Assembly (NCBI GenBank): GCA_009691255.1 | Contig: SHUT01000001.1 | Coordinates: forward strand, 865-64,864 | Source of the DNA: Ilumatobacteraceae bacterium | GTDB lineage: Bacteria > Actinomycetota > Acidimicrobiia > Acidimicrobiales > Ilumatobacteraceae | Direction of reading: 5' to 3' | DNA length: 64,000 bases | Shown: piece after piece, positions 29,304 through 38,106 of the stretch | How positions within the stretch are numbered: position 1 is the first letter of the stretch | Layout of the letters: each line of letters begins with the position of its first letter | Notes under the pieces: generated by a model | What the model was told of the DNA's origin: nothing | Database searches by the model: none | The model's input: only the letters and a program-made list of their open reading frames with translations | Made by a program: the position numbers and the translations under genes

Positions 29304-30947
29304 GTGACGATTTCATTGACGCTTCGGATTGGAATGGCTCAGATCAATCCTGTCGTGGGTGATCTGGGGGGCAATTTGCTCAAAATACAGGAGTCATACC
29401 GCCAAGCTGTCACTGCTGACTGTGCGGTCGTTGTGTTTGGTGAACTGACTGTGACGGGCTATCCGCCCGAAGATCTTGTGCTCAAACAGGCTTTTGTGCG
29501 CGACAACATCGACACCGTTCAGGCATTTGCCGCCACGACTGGGTCATGCGCGGCTGTTGTCGGGTTTGTCGACACTGTGGGCGACCAACTCTTTAATGCA
29601 GCAGCACTGTGTTGCGATGGTCGCGTTGTATCGGTGTATCACAAGCAACTACTCCCGAACTACAGCGTGTTTGATGAAGAACGATACTTTGCACCAGGTG
29701 CTGCCATGTCCGGAACTATTCCGAGTGGTGTGGTCCAGATCGGCGGGGTCACGATGGGAATCACGATTTGTGAGGATATGTGGTTCGACATCGGGCCTGT
29801 GTCAGCACAAGCACAGGCAGGTGCTCGAATAATTGTCAACATCAATGGCTCACCATTTCATGTCGGAAAGCAGACAGAGCGAGAGAAGATGCTGTCGATA
29901 CGGGCAAGCACGAATAGTTGCGCCATCATTTATGTCAATCAAGTCGGGGGTCAAGACGAGTTGGTTTTTGACGGTGCAAGTGTTGTCTTTGATGCGCACG
30001 GAAAATTAGTAAGCCGCATGGCATCTTTTGTAGAAGGTTTTTCCGTTGTCCAACTTAACGCCGACGGTATTGGAGCTGAAGCAGAAGTGGTGCAGACAAA
30101 GGGAAATCTTGACACAATGTACGAAGCACTCGTGCTTGGTACTCGTGACTATGTGCGAAAAAATGGTTTCACAGATGTAGTAATTGGGCTTTCAGGTGGC
30201 ATTGACTCCACTCTTGTTGCAGTAATTGCTGTTGATGCGCTTGGCGCAGAGCACGTTCACGGAGTTGCTATGCCATCTCGTTATTCAAGTCAAGGTTCGT
30301 TAGACGATGCAGCAACACTTGCAAATAACTTAGGGATCGACCATCGGGTTATTTCTATCGAACCAGCGTTCTCGTCCTATCTTGAAATGTTGGCACCATC
30401 GTTTATTGGTCGCAACGAAGACCTGACAGAAGAAAATCTACAAAGCCGTTGTCGTGGCACAACGTTGATGGCGCTTTCAAACAAATTTGGATGGATGGTG
30501 CTCACTACAGGCAACAAGAGCGAAATTGCAGTTGGCTATTTCACAATTTATGGTGACTCTGCTGGTGGCTTCGCAGTAATCAAAGATGTCTTCAAGACAG
30601 ATGTGTTTGCGTTGTGTCGCCGTTATAACGAGCGAGCAGGTCATGAGGTTATTCCGCTGGCGGTAATCGACAAACCGCCATCTGCAGAGTTGCGACCCGA
30701 TCAACGTGACGACCAAAGTCTTCCGCCGTATGACGAACTCGATCCCATTCTGGAAATGTATATAGATGGTGACCTCACAGTTGCTGACATCGTGGCACGA
30801 GGTGCCGACGAAACACTTGTCAGGCGATTAGCCAGACTTGTTGATCTCAGTGAATACAAAAGACGCCAAACGGCTCCGGGAGTGCGTGTGTCGTCGAAGG
30901 CCTTTGGAAGAGACAGGCGCGTGCCAATCACTCATCGATATACATAA
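29304..30947 (+). CDS. nadE: glutamine-dependent NAD+ synthetase
   Basis: N-terminal CN-hydrolase domain (LRIGMAQINPVVGD, ICEDMW) plus a synthetase domain with the SGGIDS P-loop. 547 aa. Confidence 0.9.
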   Translation: MTISLTLRIGMAQINPVVGDLGGNLLKIQESYRQAVTADCAVVVFGELTVTGYPPEDLVLKQAFVRDNIDTVQAFAATTGSCAAVVGFVDTVGDQLFNAAALCCDGRVVSVYHKQLLPNYSVFDEERYFAPGAAMSGTIPSGVVQIGGVTMGITICEDMWFDIGPVSAQAQAGARIIVNINGSPFHVGKQTEREKMLSIRASTNSCAIIYVNQVGGQDELVFDGASVVFDAHGKLVSRMASFVEGFSVVQLNADGIGAEAEVVQTKGNLDTMYEALVLGTRDYVRKNGFTDVVIGLSGGIDSTLVAVIAVDALGAEHVHGVAMPSRYSSQGSLDDAATLANNLGIDHRVISIEPAFSSYLEMLAPSFIGRNEDLTEENLQSRCRGTTLMALSNKFGWMVLTTGNKSEIAVGYFTIYGDSAGGFAVIKDVFKTDVFALCRRYNERAGHEVIPLAVIDKPPSAELRPDQRDDQSLPPYDELDPILEMYIDGDLTVADIVARGADETLVRRLARLVDLSEYKRRQTAPGVRVSSKAFGRDRRVPITHRYT

Positions 30948-32121
30948 CGGACGATGATGATCGCGGTGCGCGATAGAAAAGCGTGCACACACCCGCGCCC
31001 ATCGCAAGAACAGCGCTGATCGCGGCGGGTAACCATAGTCCGTTTGATTCGTAGCTCCGTGTCGAGAGAAAAGAAAATGTCGCACGACCCAGTGTGCCTG
31101 CTCCGACTACGGCTCCAAGGCTTGCCCCTGTGCTTCCGGGAACTAAATTTGCAGCAATAGGCAACAGACTGACAACGGCAAATTCAAAGCCACCCATAAA
31201 CAGAACCAACAAGATCACGCCGCTGAGCCAATGTTGCTCACCAATAGTGAGTAGCAGTGCCGACACCACCATTAATACTGCGCCGTAGACAACACTGCGT
31301 TCTTTACCCCACGTGTCGGTGCGTCGAGCACTAGTAATGCTTGCGATGAGTTCTACGAGTCCCAGGGCGATGACAACGGCGGTGATCCAACTCTTGCCAT
31401 TAAAGTTGTCTTCTAGCCACGGACCAAAGGTGATACCCAGGCTCTGGCTTGCGCCCATAAGAAAGAACGATGCACCAACAATCAATAAAGCCTTACCGCG
31501 AATGTGAACTTTCTCAGCGGTGACTGCGCTAACGCTGCTGCTTTCTTTGGGTAGTTGTCTCATCACAATGAGTGCGGTAATCAACAAAACTAATGCACCA
31601 CAGGCAAATCCAATACGCCACGATGTGAGCAGTGTGATTAGGCCCATAATGGCAACGCCAAGCAAAAGACCCAACGCCCACGATGTTTCGATGATGCCAA
31701 TCACACGACCACGTCGTTCGTAGGCGACATGTTCGTTTATCCAAGCCACCATTGAAGTGTCAAACAAAACTTTTGAGGCGCTCAAGAAAAATACGCTCGC
31801 TCCGAACATTATTGTATTAACTGCGACAGAGGCGCATAACACGCTGACAACGACGCCAAGCATTCCACATGTCATTGTGATTCTGCGGTCTCGCGTGTCA
31901 ACAGCTCTCCCGATCAAACGACTGAGTAGTCCGGCGAATTCTCCGAACATAAGTGCTAGTCCCAGAGTGCTCACTTTGACATCAAGCCCAGCTGCGATGG
32001 TGGCAATAAACGGCGGAGAAAATCTGTAGCACGCGTTTGATGTCATGCGCGCCCAAACCAACGCATCTAATCGGTCGCGCAAGATGGGGGAGTGCGACTC
32101 ATCGAGTTGGCGAGCAAACAC
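30928..32121 (-). CDS. MFS transporter
   Basis: 397 aa with about 12 predicted TM helices and a GRAVDTRDRR loop motif between TM2 and TM3. Confidence 0.7.
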   Translation of the reverse strand: MFARQLDESHSPILRDRLDALVWARMTSNACYRFSPPFIATIAAGLDVKVSTLGLALMFGEFAGLLSRLIGRAVDTRDRRITMTCGMLGVVVSVLCASVAVNTIMFGASVFFLSASKVLFDTSMVAWINEHVAYERRGRVIGIIETSWALGLLLGVAIMGLITLLTSWRIGFACGALVLLITALIVMRQLPKESSSVSAVTAEKVHIRGKALLIVGASFFLMGASQSLGITFGPWLEDNFNGKSWITAVVIALGLVELIASITSARRTDTWGKERSVVYGAVLMVVSALLLTIGEQHWLSGVILLVLFMGGFEFAVVSLLPIAANLVPGSTGASLGAVVGAGTLGRATFSFLSTRSYESNGLWLPAAISAVLAMGAGVCTLFYRAPRSSSSVMYIDE

Positions 32122-32123
32122 CG

Positions 32124-32738
32124 CTACAGTTCCTCGCCGACTGGGCCGTGAGTGAGCAGTTCGACAATGTCTTCGACTAGTAATGATTTTGTTCTAGCGC
32201 CAGGGGTAAGAAGAAAACGACATCCGCCCAGATTGGGGATGCGTGGATCGGTGGCTCCCAACGCACGCCGCATGACACGGATAACACCAGCGTGAGCCAC
32301 TACGAGGACCTCGCCTCCGGCACATAATTCAGAAATATCGCCAAGTGCTGCCGTGAAGCGGGTGATCAAAGAAGCATCGGACTCAAAAGACGGTGGCCTT
32401 TTGTGGCGGTCAAGCCATCCTGGCCACTGTCGTTCTATTTGGGCATGCGTGAGTCCTTGCCATTCTCCAACATCGGTCTCACGAAGTCGTGCGTCAACAA
32501 TGAGTGGTCCGATACCTATGCCGTGAGCGATGATTTGGGCGGTTTCATGTGCCCGCTGTAGATCGCTACAAGCAATCACATCAAATGTGCCAAGTTTTTC
32601 AATCGCTCGAAAGGCTTGTTGGCGTCCGTCATCTGTGAGGGGCGGGTCGGCTTGTCCCTGCCACTTCCCCAACGCATTCCACTCGCTCTCGCCATGGCGC
32701 AGAACCAGGATTCGAGTTGTTGGAGCTGATGAGGACAC
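32124..32738 (-). CDS. histidine phosphatase (phosphoglycerate mutase) family protein
   Basis: LVLRHGESEWN catalytic motif. 204 aa. Its stop is 2 nt upstream of the MFS gene start. Confidence 0.8.
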   Translation of the reverse strand: MSSSAPTTRILVLRHGESEWNALGKWQGQADPPLTDDGRQQAFRAIEKLGTFDVIACSDLQRAHETAQIIAHGIGIGPLIVDARLRETDVGEWQGLTHAQIERQWPGWLDRHKRPPSFESDASLITRFTAALGDISELCAGGEVLVVAHAGVIRVMRRALGATDPRIPNLGGCRFLLTPGARTKSLLVEDIVELLTHGPVGEEL

Positions 32739-32784
32739 GACTCCTAAGGGTAGTTCGGCGAGTACGCTCAGATGCGTGGCTCAG

Positions 32785-33018
32785 ATGCGTTTTTTTGCGG
32801 CGGCACGTGAGGTCGTTGGGCGGTCGACTGACGATGTGCCCGGCACAACCGTCGCCGAAGTACTGGCCGTTGCCGTTGCTCGTTACGGAGACACGTTCGC
32901 CGCAGTCTTGGCATCGAGTCGGATCTGGGTGAACGGCGAAGAAGCCGACGCCTCGAGCGTCGTGCAAGACACCGATGAATTGGCAGTTTTGCCGCCCGTC
33001 TCGGGAGGATCAGTATGA
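32785..33018 (+). CDS. MoaD/ThiS-family ubiquitin-like sulfur-carrier protein with a GG-SV C-terminus
   Basis: 77 aa. MRFFAAAREVVG...DELAVLPPVSGG is the classic MoaD shape. Two residues (SV) follow the diglycine. Confidence 0.7.
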   Translation: MRFFAAAREVVGRSTDDVPGTTVAEVLAVAVARYGDTFAAVLASSRIWVNGEEADASSVVQDTDELAVLPPVSGGSV

Positions 33019-33497
33019 GTGATGCAACGCGCTTGCCATTGTCAGACTTACGGGCCCAACGCAACGCCCTGCAACGCCAAGAAGACGCGGTGTCGTTTGT
33101 GCGCCGTCTTACTCAGGGACGTGTCGACCTCGTGCATGACGAAGAACGTCGCCGTGCAACAAATTCCCCCGTACCGGATGGCACACTGACGCAGCGCTTG
33201 GCGAATGTTTTTGGGCAAGAACATGGCGGCGGAAGCGCTCGACCACCACGCGAGACAGATGTTCCCGCTGACCATCCTTTGTTGGTGCAACTCGATGAAT
33301 TGTGTGCAGAATTTTCGTTTGAAAATCTTGAGTCATTGACAGATGCAGATCTAAGTTCACTTCGTGATGCCCTCACAATGTTTGAACAGAGTTGTTCGCA
33401 ACAACGCCATCAGATGTTTGAGGTAATCGATGCGCTCACGGCAGAACTCGTTGCACGGTTGCGTGATGGCGGTACGGCAGCCTTGCTGACTGACTAA
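33015..33497 (+). CDS. RsiG-like coiled-coil protein (candidate c-di-GMP-binding anti-sigma factor)
   Basis: 160 aa. Residues 23-38 (EDAVSFVRRLTQGRVD) match ExxxSxxRxxxQxxxD exactly. Residues 124-139 (EQSCSQQRHQMFEVID) match except Q to F. ATGA overlap with the MoaD-like gene. Confidence 0.45.
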   Translation: MSDATRLPLSDLRAQRNALQRQEDAVSFVRRLTQGRVDLVHDEERRRATNSPVPDGTLTQRLANVFGQEHGGGSARPPRETDVPADHPLLVQLDELCAEFSFENLESLTDADLSSLRDALTMFEQSCSQQRHQMFEVIDALTAELVARLRDGGTAALLTD

Positions 33498-33595
33498 TGA
33501 AATCAAGCCTAATGGCCGCACCAATTGCCTAATGAGCTGACAAATGGCGGCTCAGCCGAGCCTATTTGAGCACTCCAGGGATAGATTAAAGGCGC

Positions 33596-34807
33596 ATGCA
33601 ACGCGTGGCCGTGCTCTCATTTCATACTTCTCCACTGGTGCAGCCTGGCGTGGGCGATGGTGGCGGCATGAACGTATATGTACGCGAATTGGTATCAGCC
33701 TTGGCACATGCTGGAGTTGATTGCACCACTTACACACGAGCATGGAAACCAGATCTTGCGCCAGTGGTAAACGTGGAACCAAATCACAGAGTGGTACACA
33801 TCTCTGCTGGTGATTTTGATACACCCAAAGACTCGCTGTCGGCAATGATCCCTGAGTTCACCGACAATGTCATGCAACACATTACGGGCGCAGGGGGCAC
33901 AGATGTTCTGCATGCCAACTACTGGATGTCGGGTGTTGCTGGACACGATCTAAAGCATGCGCTTGGTGTACCGCTGGTCTCGACATTTCATACTTTTGCT
34001 CGAGTCAAAGCACAAGGTGGTGACTATGAGTCGGCGCACCGCGAACAGGCCGAAATAAGTGTCATCGGTTGTTCAGATGCAATCTGCGTGAGTTGCACCG
34101 AAGAAGAACGTCAATTTGTGTCGCTGTACGGATCACCACCCGGATCACTCGAAATAGTTGCACCCGGAGTGGAGCACGCGTTCTTTGCACCCGGTGATAA
34201 AAAGGGCGCTCGCAAAGCGCTTGGTCTTGGCGATTATCCGGTGTTGTTATTTGTTGGTCGCATTCAACCGCTCAAAGGTGTTGATGTAGCAGTAGAGGCA
34301 CTGGCAGCGCTCGATCGCAAGGATGCACATTTGTTGATTGTCGGCGGAGCAAGTGGCGCTGACGGCGATGCCTATTTTGCCGCAGTACAAGCACTCATTA
34401 CGCAACATAGTCTCAACGACCGCGTGCATTTCATTGCTCCACAGCCACATCATTTATTGTCAACGTATTACCGCGCAGCCGACGTGGTTCTAGTGCCTAG
34501 TCGCAGCGAAAGTTTTGGTCTTGTTGCTTTAGAGGCAGCAGCGTGCGGAACTCCGGTTGTAGCCAATGCAGTAGGTGGACTACTTACTGTTGTCGAGCAC
34601 GGCCGCACTGGCTTCTTGGTTGCCGATCGCAAACCAGAAATTTTTGCCAAACATATTGCCGAGATTCTCGATAATCATCACATGACAACGATGATGTCTG
34701 CCGCCGCCGCCGAACACGCCACTCGGTATACATGGAGCTTCGCTGCCGCACGTTTGCGGCGTGTGTATGCCGATCTAGCAGTACGCGATCGTGTGATCTG
34801 CGTTTAA
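33596..34807 (+). CDS. mshA: D-inositol-3-phosphate glycosyltransferase (mycothiol biosynthesis)
   Basis: N-terminal SFHTSPLVQPGVGDGGGMNVYV signature. GT4 C-terminal domain (PSRSESFGLVALEAAACGTPVV). Confidence 0.85.
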   Translation: MQRVAVLSFHTSPLVQPGVGDGGGMNVYVRELVSALAHAGVDCTTYTRAWKPDLAPVVNVEPNHRVVHISAGDFDTPKDSLSAMIPEFTDNVMQHITGAGGTDVLHANYWMSGVAGHDLKHALGVPLVSTFHTFARVKAQGGDYESAHREQAEISVIGCSDAICVSCTEEERQFVSLYGSPPGSLEIVAPGVEHAFFAPGDKKGARKALGLGDYPVLLFVGRIQPLKGVDVAVEALAALDRKDAHLLIVGGASGADGDAYFAAVQALITQHSLNDRVHFIAPQPHHLLSTYYRAADVVLVPSRSESFGLVALEAAACGTPVVANAVGGLLTVVEHGRTGFLVADRKPEIFAKHIAEILDNHHMTTMMSAAAAEHATRYTWSFAAARLRRVYADLAVRDRVICV

Positions 34808-34828
34808 TAAAGTGAAGCAGTTGTTGAG

Positions 34829-35317
34829 ATGAGTGAATTGTTTGCAGATTCGTTTCTATTGGACTTCGAACAACGGATCGATCAGTGGCTCGAAAAATCA
34901 TCTACCAAGAACGATGCAATCGTGGCAGTCGATCGTGGTGACACTGACGAACGACGGTGGTTTGTGCGGATGCGTGGTGAAGAAAAAGAATTTACGACTA
35001 TCTGGTTGTTGCTTGGACAGCGCACACTTCGCTACGAAACATACGTCATGCCTGCTCCAGAAGAAAACGCACAAGAGTTGTATGAGTTTGCACTCCGCCA
35101 AAACGAACGCATCACGGGCGCACACTTTTCGATTGGCATCGAGGACGCCTTATTTCTGCGTGGCGAGTTGCCACTCGGGGTGCTCAGCGAGTCAGAACTA
35201 GACCGTATTATCGGCACGATGTATGCCACAGTTGAGCAATTCTTCCCGATGCTTATTCGCACGGGGTTCGCGACACGTTTTGCGCGCACCGATGCGCCGT
35301 TAGCCTCTGAAAGATGA
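34829..35317 (+). CDS. YbjN-domain protein (Rv0487-like neighbour of mshA)
   Basis: 162 aa. Its position directly after mshA matches other actinobacteria. The acidic/helical composition fits the YbjN family. Confidence 0.55.
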   Translation: MSELFADSFLLDFEQRIDQWLEKSSTKNDAIVAVDRGDTDERRWFVRMRGEEKEFTTIWLLLGQRTLRYETYVMPAPEENAQELYEFALRQNERITGAHFSIGIEDALFLRGELPLGVLSESELDRIIGTMYATVEQFFPMLIRTGFATRFARTDAPLASER

Positions 35318-36108
35318 CATCTACTTCGTCCTCTTTGGCCATTATCGGAGGTGGCAACATGGGAACGGCTCTCATCGCTGGTCTCATCGCTGGTGGTGTC
35401 TCTGCTGGCTCCATCGTGGTGGTTGAAATCGACGACGAAAAACGCGATGCAGTAGCGCGACAATTCGGCGTTCGTACTTCGTCGACCATCATTTCGTGTG
35501 ACAGTGCAATCGTTGCTGTCAAACCTCAATCAGTTGTTGACGTGTGTATTGAACTTCGCAAAGTTGCAGTACAACGAGTTGTGTCAATTGCTGCTGGTAT
35601 TTCACTGGCAACTCTTGAGCGCGCGCTGGGTTCAGATATTGCAGCGATACGGGCAATGCCCAATACACCTGCGCTAGTGGGAGAGGGTGTTTCTGGATTC
35701 GCGGTCAGTGCAAACTGTTCACCAGCAGACATCGATTGGGCTGAGTCAATATTGGCTGCAGTGGGTGTTGTGGTGCGCGTGCCAGAAGAACAGATTGATG
35801 CCGTAACTGCGGTTGCTAGTTCTGGACCTGGCTATTTGTTCTTGATTGCCGAAGCCTTGATCGACGCTGGGGTGGCGCAGGGGCTCGCCCCTGACGTGGC
35901 TCAAATATTGGTCAAACAACTATTTAGGGGCTCAGGAATATTGCTGGCCCAGTCCCCAGAAACAGCCTCCACATTGCGCGAGCGAGTGACATCTCCCAAT
36001 GGCACAACGGCTGCAGGGCTGATGGTGCTTGAAAATGCCAAAATTCGCCAGATCGTAGATCAAGCAGTATCCGCCGCCGCCGCTCGTAGCCGGGAAATGG
36101 GCGCCTAG
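35314..36108 (+). CDS. proC: pyrroline-5-carboxylate reductase
   Basis: IIGGGNMGTALIAG NADP fold and C-terminal SPNGTTAAGL motif. Confidence 0.9.
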   Translation: MTSTSSSLAIIGGGNMGTALIAGLIAGGVSAGSIVVVEIDDEKRDAVARQFGVRTSSTIISCDSAIVAVKPQSVVDVCIELRKVAVQRVVSIAAGISLATLERALGSDIAAIRAMPNTPALVGEGVSGFAVSANCSPADIDWAESILAAVGVVVRVPEEQIDAVTAVASSGPGYLFLIAEALIDAGVAQGLAPDVAQILVKQLFRGSGILLAQSPETASTLRERVTSPNGTTAAGLMVLENAKIRQIVDQAVSAAAARSREMGA

Positions 36109-36247
36109 GGCGCTGGTCGGTCTCTGGAAAATAATTAGCGTGACATTTTTCATAAGTACCCATTTGGGCGTAGGGTACAGAGGTACGAAGTCGCCGAACA
36201 GGGTTCGCCCAGTTCGAGAGTCGCGTTCCCTCGGGAACTGCGCCGAC

Positions 36248-36282
36248 AGGGCCGATGCCATCGGGGGGTTGGCATCGGCCCT
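36248..36282 (+). terminator. perfect 13-bp hairpin (candidate intrinsic terminator or riboregulator stem)
   Basis: AGGGCCGATGCCA / 9-nt loop / TGGCATCGGCCCT, followed by GTCGTTTAG (weak T-tract). It lies 140 nt after the proC stop and 46 nt before the next start. Confidence 0.5.
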
Positions 36283-36327
36283 GTCGTTTAGTCGCTCTGC
36301 ACAACGCATCACATTGGTAAATCAATC

Positions 36328-37191
36328 ATGAAGTACTCGCACATTTCTTTACTCACTGATTACGGAATCCAGGATGAATTTGTCGGCGTGATGAAATCCG
36401 TGATGATCGACATGGCTCCGCATGTGACGATCACTGACATCACACACGGTGTTCCGGCATTTGATATTCGTTCTGGCGGTCTCACATTGGCTAGAGCAAT
36501 TCAGTATGTTCCAAAGGGAATCGTGATTGCAGTTGTCGACCCTGGTGTTGGAACAAATCGTCGTGCGATTGCTGTTGAAGTTGCCGATGGTGACGGCATT
36601 CTGCTCGGACCAGATAATGGCTTGCTCGCACCAGCTGTTGCAATGGCGGGTGGCGCACAACGTGCATTTACTCTTACTAATACCGATCTGCATCTGCTGG
36701 CCCCCGGAAACACCTTTGCTGGGCGCGATATCTTTGCCCCTGTTGCTGCGTTCCTCTGCAACGGTGGTGAACTTTCAGAGGTAGGTGAAGAAGTTGACGC
36801 CGACCTTCTTATTCCTGGTGTCGTTCCCCTCTCCCAAGAAGAAACCCATGATGTTTATGGCGTGGGTTTGCGATGTGAAATTACTTGGATCGATTCTTTT
36901 GGCAATTGTCAACTCAACGTTGGCATCGATGACGTCGCCCACCTACCAACTCAATTGCGAGTACTCGTCGGAGAAGATATTCGCAGTATGCAGGTACTAA
37001 CTAATTTTGCTGCTATCCCAACTGGTGGAGTGGGGCTCGTTATCGATTCATACGGGATGTTGGCACTTGCTTGCGACCGTGAATCCGCTGCGGTCACACT
37101 CAATGTGGGCGCCGGAGACAGAGTGTCACTATTTGCTGGTGACAACGCCACAGGTGTGGCCAGTTCAGCAGTCTCAATCCGCCCTAAGTAG
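36328..37191 (+). CDS. SAM hydroxide adenosyltransferase family protein (DUF62, SAM-dependent chlorinase/fluorinase-like)
   Basis: N-terminal ISLLTDYGIQDEFVGVMKSVM and DPGVGTNRR motifs. Confidence 0.8.
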   Translation: MKYSHISLLTDYGIQDEFVGVMKSVMIDMAPHVTITDITHGVPAFDIRSGGLTLARAIQYVPKGIVIAVVDPGVGTNRRAIAVEVADGDGILLGPDNGLLAPAVAMAGGAQRAFTLTNTDLHLLAPGNTFAGRDIFAPVAAFLCNGGELSEVGEEVDADLLIPGVVPLSQEETHDVYGVGLRCEITWIDSFGNCQLNVGIDDVAHLPTQLRVLVGEDIRSMQVLTNFAAIPTGGVGLVIDSYGMLALACDRESAAVTLNVGAGDRVSLFAGDNATGVASSAVSIRPK

Positions 37192-37292
37192 CGCCACGCA
37201 CTACGGTAGAGATATGCGCCCTGCCACGACACTCGCCGTTGTACTTTTAATCATGGTCATCTTTGGTGCTGGCATTATTAATTTGTTGATGC

Positions 37293-38030
37293 TCAAATAA
37301 TAAAATGTTGGCGCGTCCGACGCGCAGCAGTGGCGTATGTAGCCACCAAAAATCCCAGAAACAAGATGCTTATTCCGACCAGCAACGAGGCGACAAAGGC
37401 AGTGTCCTTGCCCAAACGTCCAGCCACGGTTCCGCTCGCAGACAAGACCACTGTTCCAAAAGCAATTAAAATATTTCCGCTCGCTAAGGCGCGTGGTGAC
37501 CTGACTTCCCGCGTGGCCTCAGAGGTGATGGTTGGAGACTTCCCACGCCACAGGCTGATCGCTGACCATATTGCTCCGACAAAAATAACTAGAGCCGGAA
37601 CCCCGGAGCCCACTGCTGCAAGTACTCGGGGCAGTACGCCAAAAAGTTTGCGAGCAGTGGGGAATTCGTTGGCCAGAACCGGCGCTTTCAATGGCGCCAC
37701 CAATATGACTCCGAGTGAAAAACCAGTTAAACCCAATAGCCATCGCCCCACGATGTCGCCAATACGTGTCCCCAGCAAGAGATATACGGTTCCTAATGCC
37801 AACCACGCAACATTGACGACTGCTCCCAGCGCAAAAAAAAGTCGGAACGAAGCCGCGCTCCAGCCACGAGCCTGAGCCCACCACAACGCTAATGACGCCA
37901 GGCCAAATAGTGCCATTGCCACTGTCCACGCCAAGTCTTGGCGACGGCCTCGACGCAACCAGCGGTCAAGTGTGCTCAGTCCAAAGGCGAGCGCGACCAG
38001 AGCAGATGTGGCGGCGAGTGCGGTATTCAT
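37293..38030 (-). CDS. integral membrane protein, unknown function
   Basis: About 7 predicted TM helices. Start taken at ATG 38030 (the ORF-track TTG is at 38069). Confidence 0.5.
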   Translation of the reverse strand: MNTALAATSALVALAFGLSTLDRWLRRGRRQDLAWTVAMALFGLASLALWWAQARGWSAASFRLFFALGAVVNVAWLALGTVYLLLGTRIGDIVGRWLLGLTGFSLGVILVAPLKAPVLANEFPTARKLFGVLPRVLAAVGSGVPALVIFVGAIWSAISLWRGKSPTITSEATREVRSPRALASGNILIAFGTVVLSASGTVAGRLGKDTAFVASLLVGISILFLGFLVATYATAARRTRQHFII

Positions 38031-38106
38031 CGCCAGACCTTGCGATCCTGAAGGGGATAATGAGTGCAAAAGGTCACGGCAGAAAGCCTAGATGAGTGCC
38101 CATGGA

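Noticed and set aside
33494-33534. CTAATG occurs three times (33494, 33509, 33529) upstream of mshA, and two copies extend to GCCTAATG 20 bp apart.
   Set aside because: The repeats are only 6-8 nt long and AT-rich, and the first copy includes the stop codon of the previous gene. This could easily be chance.
36170-36220. Partial resemblance to the guanidine-I (ykkC) riboswitch boxes (GTAGGGTACAG versus CUAGGGUUCCG, and CAGTTCGAGAG versus GGUCCGAGAG).
   Set aside because: Only about 8 of 11 positions match in each box. The conserved 3' domain (ACACGG.GGGA.AAAAGCCCGGGAGA) is absent, and the downstream gene is not a guanidine-related function.
36140-36331. 63-aa plus-strand ORF in the proC/DUF62 spacer.
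   Set aside because: It has no SD and reads through the 13-bp hairpin. The composition is Arg/Ser/Gly-rich and unlike the neighbouring proteins. The region is more likely non-coding.
37214-37300. 28-codon hydrophobic mini-ORF (MRPATTLAVVLLIMVIFGAGIINLLMLK) after the DUF62 gene.
   Set aside because: It has no clear SD, and it overlaps the 3' end of the convergent membrane-protein gene. There is no way to support it from sequence alone.
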